Shown one piece after another: positions 1 to 7,304 of a stretch of DNA of 32,000 nucleotides (its first letter is position 1; every line of letters begins with the position of its first letter). This stretch comes from Akkermansia muciniphila ATCC BAA-835 (GTDB lineage: Bacteria; Verrucomicrobiota; Verrucomicrobiia; Verrucomicrobiales; Akkermansiaceae). The position numbers were made by a program, and so were the translations under genes. The notes beneath the pieces are model-generated. The model saw only the letters and a program-made list of their open reading frames with translations. It was not told the origin of the DNA and made no database searches. The stretch covers positions 1,830,001-1,862,000 of the forward strand of contig NC_010655.1 of assembly GCF_000020225.1 (NCBI RefSeq), given 5' to 3'.

Positions 1-162
1 GGCGGCAAAGGCTCGGAAAGCCATAAGGCAGCCGTTATCGGCGATACGGTGGGCGACCCCTTCAAGGATACGTCCGGCCCGTCCCTGAACATCCTGATCA
101 AGCTCATGAGCATGGTGGCTATCGTCACCGCCGGCGTGAATATAGCCGTGACCCTGTTCTAA
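1..162 (+). CDS. hppA: 3' end of a membrane-bound H+/Na+-translocating pyrophosphatase; the 5' part lies upstream of the window
   Basis: Frame +1 is open from the window edge to TAA 160-162. The translation [53 protein letters not shown] carries the conserved C-terminal [23 protein letters not shown] signature of membrane pyrophosphatases. It is absent from the ORF track because there is no start codon in the window. Confidence 0.85.
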   Translation, partial: GGKGSESHKAAVIGDTVGDPFKDTSGPSLNILIKLMSMVAIVTAGVNIAVTLF

Positions 163-190
163 ACAGAAAGATTCTTTCACGGAAAACGGA

Positions 191-225
191 GGGAGTCCGC
201 AAGATTGGCGGACTCCCTTTTTTTT
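191..225 (+). terminator. Rho-independent terminator of hppA
   Basis: Perfect 10-bp stem GGGAGTCCGC (191-200) / GCGGACTCCC (208-217) with a 7-nt loop, followed by T8 (218-225). It lies 29 nt after the hppA stop. Confidence 0.8.
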
Positions 226-308
226 CTGGCTGAAGGGAACCGTCCACTGGTGAGCGGTTTTTTAATTTCCGCTTCTTTCAAAGGCTCTCTGAAAGACTGT
301 TCCTAATA

Positions 309-322
309 GGGGGGGGAGGGGG
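309..322. repeat. Homopolymeric G8-A-G5 tract in the intergenic region upstream of ORF 394
   Basis: Read directly from the sequence: G at 309-316, A at 317, G at 318-322. The tract lies about 30-45 nt upstream of a candidate -35 element (TTTGTA 352-357; 17-nt spacer; TAGTAT 375-380). Confidence 0.9.
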
Positions 323-393
323 TAAGTATGATTTTTTAAATCATATTTTTATTTGTATCAGATTTTATTTTTGTTAGTATAAAAAATAACAAA

Positions 394-1428
394 ATGACTG
401 ACAGAATAGGCCAGCTACCTTTTTCTTCCTTCCGGTTTTTATTCTGCTGTCTGGCAGTTTTTTCCGGAGTTGTTCCCTTGTGGGCTTCGGATGGCCCGGA
501 TGATGACATGAAGGAGACGGAAGAGGAAGCCTGTGGCCCCCTCCAGATTAAATCTCAGACAGAGTTGTGCTCTGCGGATTATTATATCAAGGGAAGAAGT
601 GAACAGGACAAGGAAGAAGACAGAAAGAGGAAGGATATAGGCATCGGGGAGAACATCACCTTGCTTCTAATCGGCAAATCCAAGGGAAATATTGAAGAAA
701 TTACCTGGGATATTAAAGGAGAAGGCTTCCAGCAGACAGATACTAATCCATTCAAAGGTTCACAACAAATTACCCTGACTGCCAAAAAGGATTTAACCAA
801 AGATGCCCGTGTCACCATTACAGCCAAAACCGGTGAAGACAAAGAAGCTAAAATCACCGTCAATATCAGGATTCCCAAGAAGATAACGAAGGAAAAATAT
901 GAGGGACACATGGATTTGGGAGATGGCTTTTTCGTCAATACGGCTGATTTTAAAATATCCAAGGGGGAACACGGTGTCTGGGGATTTATTAAAGTGACGC
1001 TTTTTCCTACTGACGTCAGTTTTAAGGGAGTCAAGGTGATTGAGCGGGATGGAGGACTCATGTGGGAAGGAAAGAACGGGACTCCCCCGCGGCCTCAACC
1101 GGAACTGGCAGCCGAGCATGTAACCTGCAACATGGCCGCTCCCATTCAGGATAAAAATAATTTTTATGATATGGTAGGGGATAATCGCAATATTGAGGAA
1201 GTTCTTGAAACGATTCGCCGGTCCAAACATAATCCTCAACAATTTTGGTTTGTATGCAACTTCCATATTCATTGGGGAAAGGGAGGGAAAGGCAGCGAGC
1301 AACAGGATTCCATCTTTTTAGGAACAACTAATCAAAAATATTCTATTGAAGCTTTGGACCAGCGTACGACAAAAACGGTCGTTGAAAAATTCGGGTTCAC
1401 GTTTAAAAGAAACAGCAATGAGGATTAA
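394..1428 (+). CDS. Hypothetical secreted protein (signal peptide plus Ig-like-looking beta-rich region); no family recognised
   Basis: 344-codon ORF with an ATG start in an A-rich context. The N-terminus has a signal-peptide-like hydrophobic segment (FRFLFCCLAVFSGVVPLWASDG). The central part shows an alternating beta-strand pattern (ITLTAKKDLTKDARVTITAKTGEDKEAKITVNIRIP). No catalytic motif was recognised. The antisense ORFs (582-1061, 793-1302) are shorter and look like low-complexity shadows. Confidence 0.7.
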   Translation: MTDRIGQLPFSSFRFLFCCLAVFSGVVPLWASDGPDDDMKETEEEACGPLQIKSQTELCSADYYIKGRSEQDKEEDRKRKDIGIGENITLLLIGKSKGNIEEITWDIKGEGFQQTDTNPFKGSQQITLTAKKDLTKDARVTITAKTGEDKEAKITVNIRIPKKITKEKYEGHMDLGDGFFVNTADFKISKGEHGVWGFIKVTLFPTDVSFKGVKVIERDGGLMWEGKNGTPPRPQPELAAEHVTCNMAAPIQDKNNFYDMVGDNRNIEEVLETIRRSKHNPQQFWFVCNFHIHWGKGGKGSEQQDSIFLGTTNQKYSIEALDQRTTKTVVEKFGFTFKRNSNED

Positions 1429-1434
1429 AAAACA

Positions 1435-2352
1435 ATGACCCTGTTACCTCCTTTATGCGCATGTGCCGTCTGCCTAGTAATCGGGAAGGGCAATCAGGCC
1501 TATTCCGATTCTCCCCTGGAGAACCCGGCGTGCATCGACCAGTACAAACAGCCGTCCGCAACCATTCGGGAACTCTCCGGTTTGCTGAAGGACATGCGGC
1601 TCAAATCCTTCTATAACGGGGCCAGGAAACATACGCTCACCTTTAGTTTGGCGACTCGGGATAACATTGATACCGAGCTGAAAGAGAAAATATGGAATTA
1701 TTATCTGGTAGCCTCGGCTCCCCTTTTTACCTACAAAACGTATCGGGAAATCGAGCCGGATGTTGATATGGGCGATGATAGGGCTGATATTCACCGCAAG
1801 TCCGAAGCCTGCCTCCTCATGGAAAAATATATCGGCCTGGTCCGGAAGACGAACAAAATCAAGGAACCCGTTAAAAATCAGATCATCCGGCGCCTGTTTC
1901 TTCCCTATTACGCGCGCATCCTGAAACAGTACAAAAACGCGCAGGAGCCCAATCCCTACCAGAGGGATGCCCAGGGAAATCCCGTCCCTCCCCTTTCCGA
2001 CAAGGAAAAGGAATTCCGGAAGCGTGAGATAGAAAGAATCAAACGTCTCCCCGTTCAGGAAGTCCTCAAACTGATGCGTGAAGGTTCAAGCCACCGTTCT
2101 TTTATCGAGACGAGAAATGAAGTATTTGGAGACGAAGTCAAGCATCTTGAAAAAGCCTTGATGAAACTGCTTGTTTCCGAATTCCCCGGTCAATACGGCA
2201 AGGTTGAGAATTTTATTCTGGAAGCCGGATATTCAAAAGAAGACATCCCCGGTTTGATTGACCGCACCGTGGGCAGGGACGAAAAGACGGATTTCCTTTA
2301 TAAAGGGAAACATCGTCAGAAACATGACAAGCTCTACAGGAAAAAGAAGTGA
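1435..2352 (+). CDS. Hypothetical exported protein or possible lipoprotein, Lys/Glu/Arg-rich; no family recognised
   Basis: 305-codon ORF starting 6 nt after the preceding stop on the same strand, so probably co-transcribed. The N-terminus is hydrophobic and Cys-containing (MTLLPPLCACAVCLVIG). The remainder is highly charged and probably helical, and ends in KLYRKKK. Confidence 0.7.
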   Translation: MTLLPPLCACAVCLVIGKGNQAYSDSPLENPACIDQYKQPSATIRELSGLLKDMRLKSFYNGARKHTLTFSLATRDNIDTELKEKIWNYYLVASAPLFTYKTYREIEPDVDMGDDRADIHRKSEACLLMEKYIGLVRKTNKIKEPVKNQIIRRLFLPYYARILKQYKNAQEPNPYQRDAQGNPVPPLSDKEKEFRKREIERIKRLPVQEVLKLMREGSSHRSFIETRNEVFGDEVKHLEKALMKLLVSEFPGQYGKVENFILEAGYSKEDIPGLIDRTVGRDEKTDFLYKGKHRQKHDKLYRKKK

Positions 2353-2667
2353 TGGTGTCCAGCCCCGAATGTTTAAGACGTTCTTTCTCCCTTTTCTTTT
2401 TGTGAAGAGATATGTCGGAAACCGGGGGGAGTGAAGAAGGCTCGAGTCCGATGGCAAGGCTTGCAATAACCGGTTTCTGGAAAGGGAATTCTGGATTCGT
2501 AAAAAAGGAAAAGAGAAACGTGCTGCGCCAGTTGGCAGCTCCGTTCCGCCGGTGGGAGTGGGGCGGGCGGTTCCTTTGGAAGTTTGGAAGCGCCGGAGAG
2601 GCGTCGTGTTTTCTCTGGGCAGATTGAGAAGCCAATACGGTTTTTTCGCCATTGACGGAAAGTTTTT

Positions 2668-2696
2668 TTGACAAAGAAGGGGCAGAGGAGTAATAA
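2668..2696 (+). promoter_or_regulatory. Candidate sigma70-type promoter of the trp leader/operon
   Basis: TTGACA (2668-2673), a 17-nt spacer, then TAATAA (2691-2696), preceded by a T-rich tract (2663-2669). The predicted start site falls at about 2703-2705, at or next to the leader ATG. Confidence 0.4.
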
Positions 2697-2704
2697 ACGC
2701 GCAG

Positions 2705-2812
2705 ATGCATTTCAGCACTGTACAGCCCTTTTTTAGCAAGAACCGTTATTATGGCAACGGCTATTGGTGGCGCGTACCCATGTCCGGACGGGGGAATCCC
2801 GAGGTGCAGTAA
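2705..2812 (+). CDS. Candidate trp leader peptide (35 aa) with tandem Trp codons
   Basis: ATG 2705 to TAA 2810-2812 translates to MHFSTVQPFFSKNRYYGNGYWWRVPMSGRGNPEVQ. TGG TGG lies at 2765-2770, TTT TTT at 2729-2734 and TAT TAT at 2747-2752. The ORF sits between the candidate promoter and an intrinsic terminator that directly precedes trpE. It is too short to appear in the ORF track. Confidence 0.45.
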   Translation: MHFSTVQPFFSKNRYYGNGYWWRVPMSGRGNPEVQ

Positions 2813-2842
2813 TAGCATTCAGCTATGACCATTTTTCAAGAA

Positions 2843-2884
2843 CTGCTTTGATTCCTCCGAGAGTCAAAGCAGTTTTTTTATTTT
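2843..2884 (+). terminator. Intrinsic terminator immediately upstream of trpE (putative attenuator)
   Basis: CTGCTTTGA (2843-2851) pairs with TCAAAGCAG (2864-2872). The stem is extendable by 3 more pairs to about 12 bp with a 6-nt loop. It is followed by T7 (2873-2879), A, then T4 (2881-2884), and ends 18 nt before the trpE ATG at 2903. Confidence 0.75.
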
Positions 2885-2902
2885 CAACTTACATCATCAT
2901 CC

Positions 2903-4309
2903 ATGCAAACACCATCCATGATCACTCTCCAACAGCGCAGCCGCCGCCTGAGCGCCGATCTGGAGACCCCTATCAGCCTGTTTCTGAGCCTGACTCAGAA
3001 CAAAATTCCCGGACTTCTACTGGAAAGCGCGGAAGTGGACGGCAGATGGGGGCGCTACAGCATCATCGCCTGCGATTATCTGATGACCGTTTCCTGTGTG
3101 GACGCCAGGCTTTCCCTTTCCATCAAAGACGACCGTCTGGCTTCCCTGAAGGAGCTGGAAGGCATGCCTTACCTGGATGGACTGCGCTCTCTGATGCAAC
3201 GTCTGGAGCTGGTGGGGGACGATATGAGGCAGGCTCCCATTACGCGGGCTTTGTACGGCTATTTCGGGTATGAAACCGCCGCCCTGTTCCAGCCCAGGCT
3301 GGCGCAGGCCATTCCGGCTTCTTCCGCAGAGTCCTGCCTGGTGCTGGCCGGCACCGTGATTGTTTTTGACCATTTGTACAATCGCCTTACCCAACTCAGC
3401 CTGGGTGAACACCGGGATTTGTCCCATGCCCCGCTCCATGGGGCGGAGGAACCTTCCGTCGGGGAAGTTTGCCGCACACCGGACCAGGCAGCCTACATGA
3501 AGGGGGTAGAGCATATCAAGGAGCTGCTGCATGACGGGGAAGCCATCCAGGTGGTGCTTTCCTCCCAGGCTTCCGCGGAGTTCCACGGAGACGCTTTCAT
3601 GCTGTACCGCCGCATGCGCAGCATTAATCCTTCCCCATACATGTTTTTCATGCGCCTGCCGGAGGTGACGCTGTTCGGATCTTCTCCGGAACTGATGGTG
3701 CGCTGCACAGACGGCAAGCTTCAGCTTTCCCCCATTGCCGGAACGCGCAGGCGCGGCAGGGATGACGAGGAGGATGCAGCTCTGGCTGCCGATCTCCTGA
3801 AAGATCCGAAGGAATGTTCGGAACATGTCATGCTGGTGGATCTGGGCCGCAACGACCTGGGCCGTGTCGCCAAGCCCGGTTCCGTGAAACTGGAACGCCT
3901 GATGGAGATTGAACGTTTTTCCCATGTGATGCATATGACTTCCCGCGTGACCGCCCAGGTGAACGACGGGTTGGACGTCTTGGACATTCTTGGCGCTGCC
4001 TTCCCGGCCGGGACGGTTAGCGGAGCCCCCAAGGTGCGCGCCATGGAAATCCTGGCGGAGGAAGAGCCTCTGCCGCGCGGACCGTACGCCGGATGCATCG
4101 GATGGCTGGGATTGGACAAAAACGGCGTCCACATGGATTCCGGCATCACCATCCGCAGCATGTGGGTGAAGGATGGGCGCATCCACTGGCAGACGGGAGC
4201 CGGCATCGTATATGATTCCGATCCGGCCGCGGAATGGCAGGAATGCATGAACAAGGGTAAGATTATTGACGTTATTTTGAAAGGAGAAGACCATGTTTCT
4301 GTTCATTGA
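2903..4309 (+). CDS. trpE: Anthranilate synthase component I
   Basis: 468-aa ORF with TrpE hallmarks: LLESAEVDGRWGRYSII near the N-terminus, and GAFPAGTVSGAPKVRAMEI and GPYAGCIGW in the chorismate-binding C-terminal domain. Confidence 0.95.
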   Translation: MQTPSMITLQQRSRRLSADLETPISLFLSLTQNKIPGLLLESAEVDGRWGRYSIIACDYLMTVSCVDARLSLSIKDDRLASLKELEGMPYLDGLRSLMQRLELVGDDMRQAPITRALYGYFGYETAALFQPRLAQAIPASSAESCLVLAGTVIVFDHLYNRLTQLSLGEHRDLSHAPLHGAEEPSVGEVCRTPDQAAYMKGVEHIKELLHDGEAIQVVLSSQASAEFHGDAFMLYRRMRSINPSPYMFFMRLPEVTLFGSSPELMVRCTDGKLQLSPIAGTRRRGRDDEEDAALAADLLKDPKECSEHVMLVDLGRNDLGRVAKPGSVKLERLMEIERFSHVMHMTSRVTAQVNDGLDVLDILGAAFPAGTVSGAPKVRAMEILAEEEPLPRGPYAGCIGWLGLDKNGVHMDSGITIRSMWVKDGRIHWQTGAGIVYDSDPAAEWQECMNKGKIIDVILKGEDHVSVH

Positions 4310-5885
4310 TAATTACGATTCGTTTTCGTGGAATCTGGTGCAGGCGTTTTATGCCCTGGGACGCAAGCCCGTGGTGCATGCGAATGACGATTCTCGTATT
4401 CTGGAACTGGCGACCAGCCCGGAGCTGGAAGCCGTGTGCATTTCCCCCGGCCCCAGCCATCCGCGCAACGCCGGGCTGTGCCTGGAGTTCCTGAAACGCC
4501 TCCCCGCTTCCGTTCCCGTGCTGGGCGTGTGCCTGGGGCACCAGCTTCTGGGCTACTTCGCCGGGGCGGAGGTTTCCCGCGCTCCGTATGTCATGCACGG
4601 CAAGAGTTCCGACATCATCCATGACGGCGCTGGGCTGTTTTCCGGGCTTCCCAATCCCATGACCGTGGGCCGCTACCATTCCCTGGTGGTCCAGTCCAAG
4701 GAGGACGAGCCGAATCCCCGCTTTACCGTTACTTCCCGCGGGCCGGAAGGGGAAGTCATGGCCCTGCGCTACAATGACCGTCCGTGGGTGGGCATCCAGT
4801 TTCATCCGGAATCCATCCTGACGCCGAACGGGCTTCAGCTTCTGGGCAATTTCCCGGATAACGTCGTGCCTTCGGGGCAGAAGGAAAAGCGCATCAGCCG
4901 CATTCTGGACGCCCTGGCCGCCGGACAGGACCTGACGGCGGATATGGCTGCCGCAGGCTTTGCGGACATCATGGATGGCCGCATGACTCCGGCCCAGGCG
5001 GGCTGCTTTTTGATGGGGCTCCGCATGAAAGGGGAAACCCCGCTGGAAATGGCCCACGCCGTGGGCATTGCCCTGGGCCGCGCCAACCGGGTGGAAGGTT
5101 TGGAAGGCGACTGCATTGACGTGGTAGGCACGGGGGGGGACGGCCGCAACTCTTTCAATTGCTCCACAGCCACGGCTCTGACGCTGGCCGGAATGGGATA
5201 CAGGGTGGTGAAGCACGGCAACCGCGCCGTGTCCTCCTCCTGCGGTTCTGCGGACGCTCTGGAAGGCCTGGGATTCCCGCTGGACGTAGCTCCGGAAGAT
5301 GTCCGGCGCCTGTTGGACGAGCGGAACTTCGCTTTCCTGTTCGCGCCTAATTTTCATCCTTCCTTCCGCAATGTAGGCCCCATCCGCCGGGAGCTGGGCA
5401 TCCGCACCCTGTTCAATCTGCTGGGCCCCCTCATCAACCCGGCGCGTCCCACGCACATCCTGCTGGGCGTGGCCCGTCCGGAACTCGTCGAGCTGCTGGC
5501 GGAGACGCTCCGCCAGTCCCACATCCGCAAGGCTGCCGTAGTATATGGCGCCGGGGGCTATGACGAGGTGACGCCGCTGGGGCCCACCAAGATGATGATC
5601 ATCCACAACGGCAGGCTGACGCCCATGTCCCTGGATCCCCTGGATTACGGCATCCAGCCCTGCAATCCGGAGGAACTGGCCGTTCATTCCAAGTCGGAAG
5701 CCGTGGACGTGCTGAAAAACATCCTGGCGGGGAAAGGCCCGCGTGCCATGATGGACATGGTGATTCTGAATGTGGGGGTAGCCATGTTCCTGCTGGAGGA
5801 GCACATGGACCTGTCCGTCTGCATGGCGAAAGCACGGGAAGCCGTCTGCGCCGGCATAGGAAGGAGAACGCTTCATGCTGCTTGA
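4293..5885 (+). CDS. trpGD: Bifunctional anthranilate synthase component II (glutamine amidotransferase) / anthranilate phosphoribosyltransferase
   Basis: 530-aa ORF. The N-terminal ~190 aa carry the class-I amidotransferase motifs GVCLGHQ and QFHPES. The C-terminal ~335 aa carry the TrpD motifs GTGGDGRNSFNCST and KHGNRAVSS. A GGAG lies 7 nt upstream of the ATG, and the start overlaps the trpE 3' end by 17 nt. Confidence 0.93.
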   Translation: MFLFIDNYDSFSWNLVQAFYALGRKPVVHANDDSRILELATSPELEAVCISPGPSHPRNAGLCLEFLKRLPASVPVLGVCLGHQLLGYFAGAEVSRAPYVMHGKSSDIIHDGAGLFSGLPNPMTVGRYHSLVVQSKEDEPNPRFTVTSRGPEGEVMALRYNDRPWVGIQFHPESILTPNGLQLLGNFPDNVVPSGQKEKRISRILDALAAGQDLTADMAAAGFADIMDGRMTPAQAGCFLMGLRMKGETPLEMAHAVGIALGRANRVEGLEGDCIDVVGTGGDGRNSFNCSTATALTLAGMGYRVVKHGNRAVSSSCGSADALEGLGFPLDVAPEDVRRLLDERNFAFLFAPNFHPSFRNVGPIRRELGIRTLFNLLGPLINPARPTHILLGVARPELVELLAETLRQSHIRKAAVVYGAGGYDEVTPLGPTKMMIIHNGRLTPMSLDPLDYGIQPCNPEELAVHSKSEAVDVLKNILAGKGPRAMMDMVILNVGVAMFLLEEHMDLSVCMAKAREAVCAGIGRRTLHAA

Positions 5886-6660
5886 CCGGTTCCGGGAAGC
5901 AAAGGCGGAGGAAATAGCCCTGCTCACGGACATGGCCTCCCGCCGGGAACTGCCGCGCCCGTGGAAGGGGCGCCGGCCGGATTTCCTGAAAGCCATTGCG
6001 GAACCGCCGGACGGGCAGCCCGTGGCGGTCATTGCGGAGTTCAAGCAGTCCTCTCCGTCGCGCGGTGTCATCGCCACCGGGCTGAAACCGGAGGAAGTGG
6101 CTGAACAATACGCTGCGGCAGGCGCCTCCTGCATCTCCGTGTTGACGGAAGAACAGTTTTTCGGCGGCCGCATCGGATATTTGGAACGCATGAGCCGCGC
6201 CGGGCTTCCGCTTCTCCGCAAGGATTTCATTTTTCATCAGCTTCAGGTGATGGAGACGGCTTCTACGCCGGCTTCCGCTTTGCTGCTCATTGTCCGTCTG
6301 ACGCCGGATGCACGGACGCTCCGTGTTCTCAGGGAGCAGGCGGAGGCTTACGGCATGCACGCCGTTGTGGAAGTGTTCGACGCTGCGGATCTGGAAATTG
6401 CCAGGGACTCCGGCGCGCGCATCATCCAGGTAAACGCCCGTGACCTGGACACATTGAAAACGGACAGGCAGGCCTGCCTGGACATGGCGAAATTCCGCCG
6501 TGAGGGGGAGGTGTGGATCGCCGCCAGCGCCATGAGCGCAGGGGCTCATCTCAGGGAAGCCGCGGAAGCGGGGTTTCAGGCCGTACTGATGGGAACAGCC
6601 CTGATGGACGGAGGAAGGCCGGGTGAAAAACTGGCGGCAATTTTAGAAGAAACGATATGA
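5875..6660 (+). CDS. trpC: Indole-3-glycerol phosphate synthase
   Basis: 261-aa ORF with the IAEFKQSSPSRGVI motif typical of IGPS. It overlaps trpGD by 11 nt and has GGAGA upstream of the ATG. Confidence 0.92.
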   Translation: MLLDRFREAKAEEIALLTDMASRRELPRPWKGRRPDFLKAIAEPPDGQPVAVIAEFKQSSPSRGVIATGLKPEEVAEQYAAAGASCISVLTEEQFFGGRIGYLERMSRAGLPLLRKDFIFHQLQVMETASTPASALLLIVRLTPDARTLRVLREQAEAYGMHAVVEVFDAADLEIARDSGARIIQVNARDLDTLKTDRQACLDMAKFRREGEVWIAASAMSAGAHLREAAEAGFQAVLMGTALMDGGRPGEKLAAILEETI

Positions 6661-7304
6661 AGAAGCATTCATTTGCAATCAAGGTGTGCGGAATTACCCG
6701 CCAGAGCGATTTATCAACCGCCATGGGGATGGGGGCCCATTTCTGCGGCTTCATCTTTCATCCCGGAAGTCCGCGTTATATTGCGCCGTCGCGCGCGGCG
6801 GCCCTGGACTCCGCCCTGATCCGCCGCGTGGGCGTTTTCGTGAACCAGAACGCGGAGGAAATCATGGATATCATGAAAACGGCCCGTCTGGAATTCGCCC
6901 AGCTTCATGGCGCCCATTCTCTGGACTGCGCGCGCCGCATCGGTCCGGAAAAAGTGATCCGCGTATTGTGGCCGGACCGGTATGAATCCGTAGATGCCCT
7001 GCAAAGGGAAATGGAGCTATGGGCGGACAGCTGCGCCTGGTTTCTGCTGGATGCCGGCAGCCAGGGCGGCGGCCACGGCGTTTCCCTTGACTGGACCTCC
7101 CTGGCGTCTCTGAGTTCCCCCCGGCCCTGGTTCCTGGCGGGCGGCCTTTCCTCCGCCTCACTGAACAGGGCTCTGGAACAATGCTCTCCGGACGGCATAG
7201 ACCTGAACTCCGGCGTGGAAGCCATCCCCGGCCAGAAAAGCCCGCAAAAACTGCTGGCGGCCCTCAAACCACTCACCCCTTACACTCCTTACCACATCGC
7301 ATGA
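6657..7304 (+). CDS. trpF: Phosphoribosylanthranilate isomerase
   Basis: 215-aa ORF starting [14 protein letters not shown] (the KVCGIT motif of PRAI). It has an ATGA start/stop overlap with trpC. Confidence 0.9.
   Translation: MKKHSFAIKVCGITRQSDLSTAMGMGAHFCGFIFHPGSPRYIAPSRAAALDSALIRRVGVFVNQNAEEIMDIMKTARLEFAQLHGAHSLDCARRIGPEKVIRVLWPDRYESVDALQREMELWADSCAWFLLDAGSQGGGHGVSLDWTSLASLSSPRPWFLAGGLSSASLNRALEQCSPDGIDLNSGVEAIPGQKSPQKLLAALKPLTPYTPYHIA

Noticed and set aside
2412-2627. 71-aa ORF with 5 Trp codons upstream of the trp operon, considered as a long Trp-rich leader.
   Set aside because: It lies upstream of the best promoter and no terminator follows it. The Trp codons fall in TGG-rich G+C-rich DNA that includes a tandem TTTGGAAG repeat. 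It is more likely chance, and is kept only as a remark in a finding.
2764-2780. T-box riboswitch idea, because TGGTGGCGCGTACC vaguely resembles the T-box GGGTGGTACCGCG.
   Set aside because: The order of the blocks differs. The element lies about 75 nt upstream of the terminator rather than forming its antiterminator. The leader (~140 nt) is too short for a T-box. The TGG TGG is better explained as in-frame Trp codons.
2751-2828. Alternative 25-aa small ORF (MATAIGGAYPCPDGGIPRCSNSIQL) in the trp leader region.
   Set aside because: It contains no Trp codons. The overlapping ORF from 2705 has WW and starts right at the predicted transcription start.
2764-3273. 169-aa track ORF spanning the leader region and the 5' part of trpE.
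   Set aside because: It has a TTG start, runs through the terminator hairpin and overlaps trpE out of frame. Its product is Arg/Ser/Pro-rich.
4272-6230. 652-aa minus-strand ORF antisense to trpGD/trpC. Similar cases are 3017-4306, 7289-8140 and 5599-6549.
   Set aside because: The plus-strand frames carry unambiguous Trp-enzyme motifs. The antisense translations are Arg/Gly/Ala/His-rich, as expected for high-GC shadow frames.
7181-7300. Upstream start (7181) offered by the ORF track for trpB.
   Set aside because: The extension lies entirely inside trpF in another frame and is Pro/Arg/His-rich. ATG 7301 gives the canonical TrpB N-terminus and an ATGA coupling overlap.
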